From Methanothrix sp. (GTDB lineage Archaea > Halobacteriota > Methanosarcinia > Methanotrichales > Methanotrichaceae): 64,000 bases of DNA. Where the stretch lies: NCBI GenBank assembly GCA_963682135.1, contig OY821645.1:1408001-1472000 (forward strand). The letters are read 5' to 3'. A program made the position numbers and the translations under genes. Below are positions 42,436-53,523 of this stretch, piece by piece (position 1 is the stretch's first letter; each line of letters starts with the position of its first letter). The notes beneath the pieces are model-generated. The model saw only the letters and a list, made by a program, of their open reading frames with translations, did no database searches and was not told where the DNA came from.

Positions 42436-43851
42436 ATGAGCATTGTTAACATCTTTGAGGGCAGAGAGGGGCATATTGCCCAGAAGGGCGAACAGAGCGT
42501 TCCTTTGGCCTGCAATAGCGATAGCCTGGCCGGAGCGGTGAGCCAGAGGGCATGCGTCTACTCCGGAGCGAGGGTGGTGCTCAATCCCATCACAGACGCT
42601 CTGCATCTGGTGCATGGGCCGATCGGCTGCGCCAGCTACACCTGGGACATTCGGGGCAGCACCTCCTCAGGCCCGGATCTCTATAGGAACAGCTTCTCCA
42701 CGGATATGAAGGAGTTGGATGTGATCTTTGGCGGAGAGAAGAAGCTGGCGGCATCTTTGCGGGAACTGGCAAAGAAGTATCATCCGCCTGCCATCTTTGT
42801 CTATTCCACCTGCATCGTAGGAATTATTGGAGACGATCTGACATCCATCTGCAAGAAGGCCTGCCTGGAATTGGGCATTCCAGTATTGCCTGTGAAATCG
42901 GAAGGATTTAGGGGAAGCAAGAACGAGGGCTACAAGGCGGCATGCAATGCACTTACAGAACTTATCGGAATGAAGGACTACAGCCCCAAAGGGCCTTCCA
43001 TCAACCTGCTCGGCGAATACAACGTGGCTGGCGACCTGAGCTTCGTCAAGCCCTTCTTCGAAGAGATGGGCCTGGAAGTGGTGGCCACTTTCACCGGCGA
43101 CTCCAGGGTAGAAGAGCTCGAGAGGGCTCATAGCGCACAGCTCAACTTAGTGCAGTGCAGCGGCTCCATGACCTATCTGGCCAAGAAGATGGAAGAGAAA
43201 TACGGCATTGCCTACCGGCGGATAAGCTTCTTTGGATTGCAGGACATGTCCGACGCTCTTCGTACTGCTGCTGAGTTCTTCGGCTCGGCGGCCATGAAAG
43301 AAAAGGCTGAGGAGATAATTCGCCGGGAGACGGAACGGGTGAGCCCGGAGATCGAAGCCTATCGATCTAACGTTGCCGGAAAGAAGGCCGCCATCTACAT
43401 GGGCGGAGCCGCCAAGGCCGTCTCGCTGGTAAAAGCTTTTCAGGAGCTGGAAATGGAGGTCGTGATAATTGGAACGCAGACTGGAAATCGAGAGGACTAT
43501 GAGAAGATCGCTTACATCATAAAGAGAGGTACCGTAATCATTGATGATGCCAATCCCCTGGAGCTGAAGGAGCTTCTCATCAAACAGAACGCGGACCTGT
43601 TGGTGGCAGGCGTAAAAGAGCGTTTCCTGGCCTACAAAATGGGTATCGCGTTCTGTGACTTTAATCACGATCGAACCACCAGCTTCGAGGGCTATACAGG
43701 AATGATAAATTTTGCCAGAGAGGTATCTATCACCATCAACAGTCCAGTCTGGCAGCTTCCTGTAAAAAGAGAATGCTGCGATGGCAGAGGATCACAATTA
43801 GCGTCTATTCGAGGAGTGAATGATGATATCGAGGAGCCTTGCCACAGTTAA
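42436..43851 (+). CDS. nifE: FeMo-cofactor scaffold NifE
   Basis: SQRACVYSGARVVL, HGPIGCASYTWDIRGS, STCIVGIIGDD, QCSGS. Confidence 0.95.
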   Translation: MSIVNIFEGREGHIAQKGEQSVPLACNSDSLAGAVSQRACVYSGARVVLNPITDALHLVHGPIGCASYTWDIRGSTSSGPDLYRNSFSTDMKELDVIFGGEKKLAASLRELAKKYHPPAIFVYSTCIVGIIGDDLTSICKKACLELGIPVLPVKSEGFRGSKNEGYKAACNALTELIGMKDYSPKGPSINLLGEYNVAGDLSFVKPFFEEMGLEVVATFTGDSRVEELERAHSAQLNLVQCSGSMTYLAKKMEEKYGIAYRRISFFGLQDMSDALRTAAEFFGSAAMKEKAEEIIRRETERVSPEIEAYRSNVAGKKAAIYMGGAAKAVSLVKAFQELEMEVVIIGTQTGNREDYEKIAYIIKRGTVIIDDANPLELKELLIKQNADLLVAGVKERFLAYKMGIAFCDFNHDRTTSFEGYTGMINFAREVSITINSPVWQLPVKRECCDGRGSQLASIRGVNDDIEEPCHS

Positions 43852-45139
43852 TCCCTGCTCTATGTGCATGCCCATGGGCAGCGTGCTGGTCTTCCGGGGA
43901 GTTGAGGGCTGCATGCCCCTCTTCCACGGCTCGCAGGGATGCAGCACCTACATGCGCCTCTACCTGGCCCATCACTTCCGTGAGCCTGTGGACATTGCAT
44001 CCACTGCTCTAAGCGAGAAGGGCGCAGTCTATGGTGGATCAGCTAATCTTATGCAGGGGCTGAAGAATGTTATAAGAGGCTACAACCCGAAGGTGATAGG
44101 CATTGCCACCACCTGTCTGGCCGAGACCATCGGGGATGATGTGCCCCAAATAGTTCGCGAGTTTCAGGCACAGGAACCCCTGGCGAGAGATGTAATCATA
44201 GTCCCCGTATCGACACCCAGCTACGCTGCCTCTCATGAAGTTGGATATCGGGTAGCTCTGAAGGGTCTGGTCCAGACGTTGGCCAGGAAATCGAAGCCCA
44301 GCGGACGGATCAACATGCTGGTGGGATCCATCATCTCGCCTGCTGATGTTCGTTTTCTGCGGCGGCTCTTTGATGACTGGGGCCTGGGGTATATTCTGAT
44401 GCCGGATATATCCGAGACCTTTGATGCCACCCTCAGCCAAGATCTGCCACTCATCCCCAAGGGCGGAACGCCCCTGGAAGACATCCGGGATACGGCTAAC
44501 TCAAAAGCGACACTGACCATAGGCGGATGGGTGCAAGAGCCGGGAGCGGGAGACTATTTAGAAAAGGAATTCAAAGTTCCCCATGTTGCTCTGCCTCTGC
44601 CCATAAGTTTAGAATTCACCGATCGTCTGGCTGCAAATCTGGAAGAGCTGACGGGGCTATCCATGCCGGAGAGCTACGAACGGGAGAGGGGACGATTGCT
44701 GGATACAATGGTCGATGCCCATAAGATCCTAGCTGATGTTAAGACGGCGGTCTACGGAGATACCGAGATGGTCTTGGGCATAACCCGCATCATGATGGAA
44801 CTGGGCATGAAACCGCAGATAGTGGCCACGGGAGCCGCAAATCCTGCGTTTGCGGAAAATGCCGCGGAGATTGCACCCGGATCCAAGGTTTCCATGGGGG
44901 CTGATTTCTCACAGATCGCAGAAGAAGCGGTGAGCCGGGATATCGAGCTGATGGTAGGCCCCTTCACAGGAAGAGGGATTGCCAGAAGAGAGAATATTCC
45001 GCTCTTGCGGGTGGGACTGCCCAATCATGATCGCTACGGAGCCTCCCACCAGTTGTTCCTCGGATATGAGGGCTCGATGAATTTGGTGGAAGGAATGGCC
45101 AACGCCCTGCTTGAAAGCAAAGAGAGGGCAGCGACATGA
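43820..45139 (+). CDS. nifN: FeMo-cofactor scaffold NifN
   Basis: NPCSMCMPMG, HGSQGCSTY, HFREPVDIAS, TTCLAETIGDD. Confidence 0.95.
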   Translation: MMISRSLATVNPCSMCMPMGSVLVFRGVEGCMPLFHGSQGCSTYMRLYLAHHFREPVDIASTALSEKGAVYGGSANLMQGLKNVIRGYNPKVIGIATTCLAETIGDDVPQIVREFQAQEPLARDVIIVPVSTPSYAASHEVGYRVALKGLVQTLARKSKPSGRINMLVGSIISPADVRFLRRLFDDWGLGYILMPDISETFDATLSQDLPLIPKGGTPLEDIRDTANSKATLTIGGWVQEPGAGDYLEKEFKVPHVALPLPISLEFTDRLAANLEELTGLSMPESYERERGRLLDTMVDAHKILADVKTAVYGDTEMVLGITRIMMELGMKPQIVATGAANPAFAENAAEIAPGSKVSMGADFSQIAEEAVSRDIELMVGPFTGRGIARRENIPLLRVGLPNHDRYGASHQLFLGYEGSMNLVEGMANALLESKERAAT

Positions 45140-45513
45140 GAGATGACTACAAGCTGGAGCAATTTCAGAATAAAGAGTATATAAGACTTGAAACCGTTAA
45201 AAGGAACGGACAGATGGTCCCGACGCCCGTATGGTTTGTTGTAGATGAGGGCAGGCTCTTCATTCGGTCCTATGCCAATAGCGGCAAGGTCAAACGGATG
45301 TGCAATAACCCTCATGTCCGGGTTACACCTTCGGATGCAGTGGGCAAATCTCGCGGCGTGACCATCGATGGCACTGCAGTTCGAGCTAATGGTGATATGG
45401 AGATCAAGATAAGTCAGCAGCTCTACCGCAAATACGGTTTGATGAAGATGTCCTTTGATCTCTGGGGCGCCATTAAGCAGTTCGACTGGGCAGTATTTGC
45501 CATTGAGGTTTGA
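45136..45513 (+). CDS. PPOX-class putative F420-dependent oxidoreductase
   Basis: YI.LET.KRNG..VPTPVWF....GKVKR..NNP.V; ATGA overlap with nifN. Confidence 0.85.
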   Translation: MRDDYKLEQFQNKEYIRLETVKRNGQMVPTPVWFVVDEGRLFIRSYANSGKVKRMCNNPHVRVTPSDAVGKSRGVTIDGTAVRANGDMEIKISQQLYRKYGLMKMSFDLWGAIKQFDWAVFAIEV

Positions 45514-45520
45514 AAAAAAC

Positions 45521-46393
45521 ATGGCTTCCAACCAGGCGGAATTAATACATCAGCGCGAGATAGCAAACAGAGAACCAGAGTTCATCGGTATTTCAGACCG
45601 CTTAGCGGAGGTCTCCTTGAAAGCCGGCCTTGCAACCTTGCTGATTTTGGCCATGGCTTTCATAGCCTTGCCGGTGGTTGCGCTCTTCCTGAAGAGCCCG
45701 CTGGATACGACTCTGCGATCACTGCATGATCCGATGGTGTTGGATGCCCTCCGTCTGTCTCTTATGACTTCGACCTTGACTACAATGGTTGTGGTCATTA
45801 TGGGGACGCCCATTGCCTACGTCAGCGCTCGCTTCCACTATTTCGGCAAAGAGATAGCTGATTCTCTAATCGATCTGCCAGTTATCATGCCGCCTGCCGT
45901 AGCCGGGATTGCTCTGCTTATGGCCTTTGGAAGGATGGGTATTGTGGGCCACTACCTGAGCGCCTTTGGAATAAGCATCGCCTTTACCACCCTGGCCGTG
46001 ATCATAGCCCAGGTCTTCGTCTCCTCGCCTTTTTATATCCGCCAGGCAAGGACGAGCTTTGAAGACGTGGACCTGGCCTTTGAGAATGCAGCCCGCACTT
46101 TAGGCGCCTCCCGGGTTTACACCTTCTTCCATGTGATCCTGCCCATAGCTATGAGCGGCCTTATCTCCGGTGCCATCATGGCCTTCGCTCGATCTTTGGG
46201 TGAATTCGGTGCTACCATCATGTTTGCTGGAAACTTCCAGGGCCGCACGCAGACCATGCCTCTGGCCATCTACACCGCCATGCAGGGTGATCTGGATGTC
46301 TCGCTCTGTCTATCCATAATACTGGTAGCTATCTCCTTTGTGGTCATCATTATCGTAAAAACAATGACCAGGCGGGTGATTAAGAGATGCTAG
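45521..46393 (+). CDS. modB: Molybdate ABC transporter permease
   Basis: DLPVIMPPAVAG, AARTLGAS, FARSLGEFGATIMFAGN, TQTMPLAIY. Confidence 0.92.
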   Translation: MASNQAELIHQREIANREPEFIGISDRLAEVSLKAGLATLLILAMAFIALPVVALFLKSPLDTTLRSLHDPMVLDALRLSLMTSTLTTMVVVIMGTPIAYVSARFHYFGKEIADSLIDLPVIMPPAVAGIALLMAFGRMGIVGHYLSAFGISIAFTTLAVIIAQVFVSSPFYIRQARTSFEDVDLAFENAARTLGASRVYTFFHVILPIAMSGLISGAIMAFARSLGEFGATIMFAGNFQGRTQTMPLAIYTAMQGDLDVSLCLSIILVAISFVVIIIVKTMTRRVIKRC

Positions 46394-47094
46394 AGATTGA
46401 TATCAAGAAGAGGCTGCGAGATTTCGATTTACGGGTCCAGCTGGACATCGCCAGAGGCAAGACGCTTATGCTGGTGGGAGATAACGGCTGCGGCAAGACC
46501 ACGTTGCTTAACCTGGTGGCGGGGCTCGATAATCCCGATAAAGGGAGAATTGCGCTCGACGGCAGAGTGCTTTATGATTCCGAGAATGGCACGAATGTTC
46601 CTCCGGAGGCCAGGGGCATTGGATATGTCTTTCAGAGCTACGCCCTCTTTCCTCACATGAGCCTCTACGACAATGTGGCATTTGGACTGCGTACCCGGAG
46701 GATGGCGGACGGCGAGATCAAAATCCTAGTAAAAGAGCATCTAGAGGCGGCTGGGCTTTGGGAGATAAGAACTGCAAAGGCGGCAGATATCTCGGGCGGC
46801 CAGAAGCAGAGGGTGGCATTGGCCAGGGCGCTCATCATCGAGCCTCGCCTCCTTCTGCTGGACGAACCGCTTTCCGCCCTGGATGTCAGGAAGCAAGCTT
46901 CTATGAGAAAAGAGCTCCGAGAGACAATTCGCGCCTGCGGCGTTCCCTGCATCATCGTAACTCATGACCTGAGGGATGTGGCCTGCATGGGAGATCAGGC
47001 CTGCCTTCTGGAGCAGGGAATGATTGCTCAACACGCAGGCGCCGAAGAGGTTCTCAGCTGGGGATTGAGCACGGACTTAATAAGCCAGAGATAA
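46387..47094 (+). CDS. modC: Molybdate ABC transporter ATP-binding subunit
   Basis: GDNGCGKTT, VFQSYALFPH, ISGGQKQR, LLDEP, THD. Confidence 0.9.
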   Translation: MLEIDIKKRLRDFDLRVQLDIARGKTLMLVGDNGCGKTTLLNLVAGLDNPDKGRIALDGRVLYDSENGTNVPPEARGIGYVFQSYALFPHMSLYDNVAFGLRTRRMADGEIKILVKEHLEAAGLWEIRTAKAADISGGQKQRVALARALIIEPRLLLLDEPLSALDVRKQASMRKELRETIRACGVPCIIVTHDLRDVACMGDQACLLEQGMIAQHAGAEEVLSWGLSTDLISQR

Positions 47095-47513
47095 CTGTCT
47101 TCTGATCATCTATTGCGCTGACCTTTTCCTGCTATAATGGAAAGATACTCCATTTTACTCTTCTAAATTGTTGTAGCCAGTCTTAAAAAAGATTACTTTA
47201 TTAATATCGTAAATGTTATATGATATCTCAGATGCTCTGTATTCATACAAGAATCACTATTTTATGTGATACTAAGAAATGTTCTCAAAAATATATTTAA
47301 GTTTGTAATCTCAGTACGGATGATTGTAGGGGTTTCGCGATTATGAATGAATATGAATAGATCAGATCAATTCCGATTTTCTATTAAATACCCTTTTAAC
47401 TGCCACGATTAAGTCCCTTGCAGCGATGTGCCAATGGATCTCGTTGCACAGGCCTCAGAGTTAATACAAAAATTAAATAGGTTTGACTAGACAATTGATT
47501 AAGGGTGATGTAG

Positions 47514-48722
47514 TTGGAAATTAATAGTGGAGACACAGCGTGGGTTCTGGTTTCAACAGCCATGGTCATGCTCATGACACCCGGCGTGGGTTTGTTCTAT
47601 GGCGGCTTGGTACGCAGCAAGACCGTCGTCTCGATGATCGGTCTGTCCTTCCTGGCTTTTGCTCTAGCCAGCATACAATGGGTGCTGTTCGGCTACAGCC
47701 TGTCCTTTGGGTCCGATATATCCGGAATTATCGGCGGGCTGAACTACTTTGCGTTGAGCGGCGTGGGTCTGGGTGCGGCACCCTTAGCCGGAAATCTGCC
47801 TCATCTCATCTATGTGGCCTTCCAGTTGGTCTTCGCAGCTGTGACTCTTGCCATCCTCACTTCTGCCGTGGCAGAAAGGGTCCGTCTCAGCTCGTTCATC
47901 GTGCTGGCTCTCCTCTGGACCACTCTGGTCTATGATCCACTGGCTCATTGGGTTTGGGCGGGCGGTTGGATGGCCCAGATGGGGGCGCTCGACTTTGCCG
48001 GCGGAACGGTGGTGCACATCAGCTCCGGCTTTTCCGCCCTGGCCATCGCGTTGGTCATAGGCAAGAGAATGGGCTATGGCGCCTATGTCATGGAGCCGCA
48101 TAACATTCCCATGGCCATGATCGGAGCGGGCCTGCTCTGGTTCGGATGGTTCGGCTTCAACGCCGGCTCCGCCCTTGCTGCCAATGGTTTGGCTGCCTCC
48201 GCTCTGTTGGTCACCAACACCTCCGCCGCTGCCGGCGCACTCACCTGGCTTTTTGCCAGCTGGCTGAAAGGAAAGCCCAGCGCTCTGGGAATGGTGAGCG
48301 GCGGCATAGCCGGTCTGGTGGCCATAACGCCTGCTGCGGGATATGTTGATGTGACTGGTGCCCTGGTCATTGGTGCCGTCTCCGGTGTGATCTGCTACAT
48401 GGCCCTGCTCTTTCGCGTGGGTCGCGGCCTGGATGAGAGCTGCGATGCCTGGGCGGTGCACGGCATGGGCGGCCTGTGGGGCGCTATTGCCACAGGCATA
48501 TTCGCCACCGCCTCAGTTAACAGCTACACCGGCCTGATCTACGGCAACTTTCATCAATTCGCAGTACAGATAATGGCAGCCGGTGCATCTGTGGTCTATG
48601 CCTTCGTGATGACGCTTATCCTGGCCAAGATCGTTGATCGCGTCATGGGCTTGAGAGTCACAGAGGAGGAAGAATATGTTGGCCTTGATATCTCCCAGCA
48701 CGGCGAGAAGGCCTATGCTTAA
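47514..48722 (+). CDS. amt: Ammonium transporter (third copy)
   Basis: [34 protein letters not shown]. Confidence 0.96.
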   Translation: MEINSGDTAWVLVSTAMVMLMTPGVGLFYGGLVRSKTVVSMIGLSFLAFALASIQWVLFGYSLSFGSDISGIIGGLNYFALSGVGLGAAPLAGNLPHLIYVAFQLVFAAVTLAILTSAVAERVRLSSFIVLALLWTTLVYDPLAHWVWAGGWMAQMGALDFAGGTVVHISSGFSALAIALVIGKRMGYGAYVMEPHNIPMAMIGAGLLWFGWFGFNAGSALAANGLAASALLVTNTSAAAGALTWLFASWLKGKPSALGMVSGGIAGLVAITPAAGYVDVTGALVIGAVSGVICYMALLFRVGRGLDESCDAWAVHGMGGLWGAIATGIFATASVNSYTGLIYGNFHQFAVQIMAAGASVVYAFVMTLILAKIVDRVMGLRVTEEEEYVGLDISQHGEKAYA

Positions 48723-48733
48723 AGGTGATATGA

Positions 48734-49063
<330 letters not shown>

Positions 49064-49080
49064 GAAATCTTTTTTGCTAA

Positions 49081-50205
49081 TCACAGTGTTCGCAGCAAGT
49101 TCATGGGAAGTCTGGGGAGCAGCCAGCACATGAAATCCTTGTAAGATATCTTGGCTGCAGCAATCTCGATATACATGTCCAAAACCTCTTCCTGGCAGGC
49201 CAGGATGCGCAGAAATATTTCCGGATAGCGATGCATCATTTTAGAGAAGAATAATGCATACTTCAGCTCTTCGCCGAAATCCTTCATGCATCTCTCCTGG
49301 TAGGTCTGGGCCACTTCGTGGGCAGATACTTCCCCGATCACCTGGCCTGCTATCTTTCCGGAGGCAAGAGCATAGCAGATGCCTTCACCTGTGAAAGCAT
49401 CCACAAATCCGGCTGAGTCTCCCGCGAGGAGTACTCTGCCAAGAGCTGCTCTTGTCTTATTGCCGCCTTGAGGTATTAGGTGGCCATGAAGCTTCTGCCT
49501 TTGCGAAAAACCATTTTTCGTGAGGAACTGCAACATGGCCCGGCGAGGATGAAGCAGGCGAGAAGAAAGGCCGCCTATGCCCACCGAATAGTATCCCCTG
49601 TGCGGAAAGATCCATCCGTATCCTCCTTCTGCCACACCAAAGTGGATGTCCAGTGTGCCCGCCAGCTGCTCTTCAATCTTCTCACCATCTTCCACGATAT
49701 CGGCAACCAGGCATATTCCGGTGCTTTCTTTCCTGTCCGGGCCTAGTATTCTGTTTTTCAGTTTATCCTGGCATCCCGAGGCGATCACCAGAAACCTGCA
49801 ATGATAAATCCCGGCATTGGTCTTCACACAGACATGTCCATCTTTTTCCTGGAAGTCCATGGCCTTTTGCGTTTTAATTCCAGCTCCGGCCTCTTCTGCC
49901 TTTTTCAGGAGATGATTATCGAAGCGGCAACGATCTATTAATGTGGTGAGATTGTAGCCCTTGTGCGTCTCTAATACTCTATCTTGAAAATGGACACGCG
50001 CTCCGGTTATGGTCCTCTCGCAAATATGATCGGGAAGCGGAAAGTCCAGAAGCGATTCCGCTTTGCTGGAGAGAGCGCCTCCGCATGGCTTGTACCTGGG
50101 AAAAGTCTCTTTTTCCAGGATGAGCGTATCCAACCCCAGCAAAGCAGCTGCTCGGGCAGCCGTTGATCCGGCCGGCCCGGCACCCGCGACGATCAGATCG
50201 TACAT
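49081..50205 (-). CDS. Geranylgeranyl reductase-family FAD oxidoreductase
   Basis: GAGPAGS, PRYKPCGG, YGWIFP, GDSAGFVD.FTGEGI. Confidence 0.9.
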   Translation of the reverse strand: MYDLIVAGAGPAGSTAARAAALLGLDTLILEKETFPRYKPCGGALSSKAESLLDFPLPDHICERTITGARVHFQDRVLETHKGYNLTTLIDRCRFDNHLLKKAEEAGAGIKTQKAMDFQEKDGHVCVKTNAGIYHCRFLVIASGCQDKLKNRILGPDRKESTGICLVADIVEDGEKIEEQLAGTLDIHFGVAEGGYGWIFPHRGYYSVGIGGLSSRLLHPRRAMLQFLTKNGFSQRQKLHGHLIPQGGNKTRAALGRVLLAGDSAGFVDAFTGEGICYALASGKIAGQVIGEVSAHEVAQTYQERCMKDFGEELKYALFFSKMMHRYPEIFLRILACQEEVLDMYIEIAAAKISYKDFMCWLLPRLPMNLLRTL

Positions 50206-50217
50206 TGCAATAGAATG

Positions 50218-50700
50218 CTAGCCGAAGAATAGGCTATAGCCGAACTGAAGGAAGCTGGTGCTGGAGAGAAGGGCCTTTATCTTGGCATTTGCCAGCCAGG
50301 TTTTCCCCTCGAAGCGAATTTGGCCTGCGTCCGCCTGGTTTTTAAAAGCGGCTATTCTATCCTTCGATTTTACTACCTCGTTTAAGGCGCTTTGTGTGGT
50401 GGTTACTATGATTGTGGGATTGCTAATGCCACCATCAACGGTTCTCTCGATCCGTGCGCTCACTATATCCATACCCACACGAAACACACTACCATCTTCT
50501 CGGGTTACGATTATGTTAACCTTCTCGCTGCCGAGCATGCTCTTTACGACGGTAGGAACATTATTAATCTGGGTATTATACGTGTCGACATATTTTTGTG
50601 TGGTCGGCATGTCAAATGAAAACGCATCTGCAAAGGAGATGGAGAGCATCATCAGAACGACTAGATAAAGGATCGTTTGTCTTCTAACAGGCATCCGCAT
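50218..50700 (-). CDS. Secreted hypothetical protein
   Basis: C-terminal part of the 327-aa ORF; ATG at 50700 followed by a signal peptide. Confidence 0.7.
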   Translation of the reverse strand: MRMPVRRQTILYLVVLMMLSISFADAFSFDMPTTQKYVDTYNTQINNVPTVVKSMLGSEKVNIIVTREDGSVFRVGMDIVSARIERTVDGGISNPTIIVTTTQSALNEVVKSKDRIAAFKNQADAGQIRFEGKTWLANAKIKALLSSTSFLQFGYSLFFG

Positions 50701-50779
50701 AACGTATACTTCACTTTGATTAGATATATATCTTATCTCCACAGAATCCTTTAAGTACAATCTTTTCAAATAGTAGCCT

Positions 50780-51883
50780 ATGGATGTCCTGGTGCTCTGT
50801 ATTGACCGTGACAATGATTTAGGCCGCAAGGGTGGAGTCGTAAGTCCGGTTGTGGGCAGGCAGGAAAATATCGATGCCGCACTCAAGCTGGGCTTGGCCG
50901 ATCCGGAGGATTCGGATGTAAATACTATCTTCGGAGGCATAAAGGTCTTGGATGAGCTTGCCCTTTCCGGTAAGACCGTGGAGATCGCCTCCCTGGCTGG
51001 CGACCTGAAAGTGGGATTGGTCTCTGACAGCAAGCTTGCCGCACAGTTGGAAATGTTACTGGAGCGCCTGCATCCCGATGGAGTGATCGTAGTCTCAGAC
51101 GGAGCCGAGGACGAGGCCATCTTGCCTATCATCCATTCTCGCATCAAAGTGAACGGCGTACGTCGTGTGCTGATCAAACAAAGTCCCAACTTGGAGAGCA
51201 CTTACTATCTTCTCAAGCAGGTCTTTAACGATCCCAAGATCAGCCATACCGTCTTTATTCCTCCCGCTTTGGCTCTGCTCATGTTTGCCATCTTCAGCTT
51301 GCTGGGTTACCCAAACGGCGCTGTAGTGGCCATTACCGGTGCAGTGGGCCTTTATCTCCTATTTCGGGGCCTGGGGTTGGACGATTCTATGGAAGAGGCC
51401 AAGCAGACTCTGAGAAAATCCCTTTATGCCGGAAAAATCGCATTCATAACCTATATTTTGGCGGCTATGCTGGTGGTCATAGCCACGGTAAGGGGATTTG
51501 CCTATTCCTGGCAGTATTACCATGAACCCATATCACCCGGAGTCTTTATCTTGGTGATGATTTACCTTCATGAAAGCATCTGGTGGTATGTTGTAGCCGC
51601 CCTGTGTGTGGATCTGGGAAAGATTATGGACATGTACCTGGAGGGCTTAAAAGATGCTCGCACCATTTCCTATCTCTTTTTCTTGCTGGCAACGGGTCTT
51701 ATCATTTGGTCTGCAACCGGCTTCATCCTGGCCAGCAATTCCGACCTGAAATTCGGCATCGGCATGGTGGAATCTGTGCAAAATCTGGCCATATCAGCGA
51801 TAGTCGCTATCCTCATAACCGTAATTGGAGTCAATGTATCCAAGCGTATCGCTGGAGACGTACCTGAGCAGATTGTTAAGTGA
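50780..51883 (+). CDS. DUF373 family membrane protein
   Basis: LCIDRDNDLG, DPEDSDVN, VSDGAEDE, C-terminal TM helices. Confidence 0.9.
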   Translation: MDVLVLCIDRDNDLGRKGGVVSPVVGRQENIDAALKLGLADPEDSDVNTIFGGIKVLDELALSGKTVEIASLAGDLKVGLVSDSKLAAQLEMLLERLHPDGVIVVSDGAEDEAILPIIHSRIKVNGVRRVLIKQSPNLESTYYLLKQVFNDPKISHTVFIPPALALLMFAIFSLLGYPNGAVVAITGAVGLYLLFRGLGLDDSMEEAKQTLRKSLYAGKIAFITYILAAMLVVIATVRGFAYSWQYYHEPISPGVFILVMIYLHESIWWYVVAALCVDLGKIMDMYLEGLKDARTISYLFFLLATGLIIWSATGFILASNSDLKFGIGMVESVQNLAISAIVAILITVIGVNVSKRIAGDVPEQIVK

Positions 51884-52797
51884 TTAAAATGCTGCGAATC
51901 GATGCCTCGGGCGAGAAATGTCTTTGCGATTTTACCTTCGATTTCTTCTGGCAGCATAAAGGCACAAGACTCGACATGGATCAGACGGTAAGCGGCATCA
52001 GCTTTCGCAGAATGGTGCAGGCCCTGCGCCAGGGTGAGACTGTTGAGATCGTGGGGGATGCCGGCAGCCGCCTGGGTTCGAGTATGGGTGTGGATCTGCT
52101 GCGACTGGGGGGAAAGGGCGGGCCTGTAGAGGGGACAGGCAAGATAATCGTGGACGGCAATGTAGGCAGCCATATGGGAATCTCCATGCTGCGTGGAGCA
52201 ATCTATGTCTCAGGGGAGATAAAATCACCACTGGGAAACGTTGTGCAGGTACAATCCGATATGAGCGGTTACCGAAAGTTCGTATCCGCCACGCAAATAT
52301 TGGAAAAAAGCCTGACCGTCCTGGAGCCAAATACAGCCGATAAAAATGGCCTGACCATTTGTGACGGCATTTTAAGGGATACTCTGGGGGCCAGAAATCC
52401 CACAGATAAAACCATTTGTCTGCAAGCTGATGCGGGAATGAGTACAGGAATACTCATGCGCTCCGGCCTAATTGAGGTTTTGGGTGATGCCGGCCAAAAC
52501 ACGGGCGTGCTCATGCAGGGTGGCAGAATTGTAGTCAGGGGCAAATGCGGCGACTTTACAGGCGTAGAGATGCGTCGTGGCGAGATCATAGTGGGTCATG
52601 ATGCGGGAAGCTTCACCTGTGCTCGAATGAGGGGCGGAGCCGTTTATGCGAGGGATGCCAAGAGCCTGCCGCCTATTATGGTACAGATGCCTTCTTCCCA
52701 GGAGCTGTCAGCCATTGCCCAGGCTCTGAAGATTCCAATGCTACATGCCATGATGTACCGTAAAATGTGCCTGCCAGACGCGGATAAAATAAGATAA
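51880..52797 (+). CDS. GXGXG beta-helix protein (FwdC / glutamate synthase domain 3-like)
   Basis: Repeated G..M..G.I.V.G units. Confidence 0.8.
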   Translation: MIKMLRIDASGEKCLCDFTFDFFWQHKGTRLDMDQTVSGISFRRMVQALRQGETVEIVGDAGSRLGSSMGVDLLRLGGKGGPVEGTGKIIVDGNVGSHMGISMLRGAIYVSGEIKSPLGNVVQVQSDMSGYRKFVSATQILEKSLTVLEPNTADKNGLTICDGILRDTLGARNPTDKTICLQADAGMSTGILMRSGLIEVLGDAGQNTGVLMQGGRIVVRGKCGDFTGVEMRRGEIIVGHDAGSFTCARMRGGAVYARDAKSLPPIMVQMPSSQELSAIAQALKIPMLHAMMYRKMCLPDADKIR

Positions 52798-52823
52798 CAA
52801 AGAGCCTGCGCTCTTGTTATTTT

Positions 52824-53189
52824 CTACTGCCTGATCTTCTCAATAGCCAGGTCGCCATCAACCCCGATCACTATAGAGAATATCCACTCACTGAGCTTGG
52901 CGCAATGCTCAGGAATGCACTCTTCGATGCAGCCAGCGCAGGGTTCGAAGGCGTCAAGAGCCAGCAATGGATCGAAACGCCTGCCGCGAGGCTTAACCGT
53001 GCAACTAAGTCGATAGGTCCTGATGCCTTCTGCCGACTCCACCTCTCTGGTGATGAGATTATCTTTGAGGAGCTTGGCCACGATACGGGAGCATTTTCGA
53101 GAATCGATCTTCAAAATCTTCCATAGATCGCTTTGCAGGGCTCCTTCAGGACGCGACTTTATATACTCCAGCGCCTCCTCAGCAGACAT
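52824..53189 (-). CDS. wHTH plus Cys-cluster protein (RPC34/TFE-beta-like)
   Basis: QSDLWKIL.IDSRKCSRIV..L....LI.R; PCAGC...C.P..C..L..W; adjacent to the LSm gene. Confidence 0.75.
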   Translation of the reverse strand: MSAEEALEYIKSRPEGALQSDLWKILKIDSRKCSRIVAKLLKDNLITREVESAEGIRTYRLSCTVKPRGRRFDPLLALDAFEPCAGCIEECIPEHCAKLSEWIFSIVIGVDGDLAIEKIRQ

Positions 53190-53210
53190 TTCCTACCTCT
53201 CTAGTCATCT

Positions 53211-53435
53211 TCATTCAATTGGACTTATGAGAATAATGTTGTTGCCACGCAGGATAACCGATCCTAAAGAGCGAGTCTTCTCGCCGCCTATCAGCTCCAC
53301 GGTCTCCTGGAGGTGAAGGTTCAAGTATTCATCCACACTGTTAAGAATTCCTTCCAGAACATAACGAGGTGAACCCTTCATCTCTACCTGAATCTTGCTG
53401 CCTACCAGACTCTGTACCTTTTTAGTTGGGAACAT
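53211..53435 (-). CDS. Sm-like (LSm) RNA-binding protein
   Basis: G.L...DEYLNLHL and LGSVILRGNNI (Sm1/Sm2 motifs). Confidence 0.93.
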   Translation of the reverse strand: MFPTKKVQSLVGSKIQVEMKGSPRYVLEGILNSVDEYLNLHLQETVELIGGEKTRSLGSVILRGNNIILISPIE

Positions 53436-53523
53436 AAATCAGACTCCTCAGTAATTTGTTTGAGCGAATATTAGCATATCTGAATGTTTTCTCAATTTGC
53501 GCGAATAAAATTGAGCGCAATCC

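Noticed and set aside
50701-51201. N-terminal extension of the 327-aa minus-strand ORF
   Set aside because: Antisense to the DUF373 gene; the real gene likely starts at 50700 with a signal peptide.
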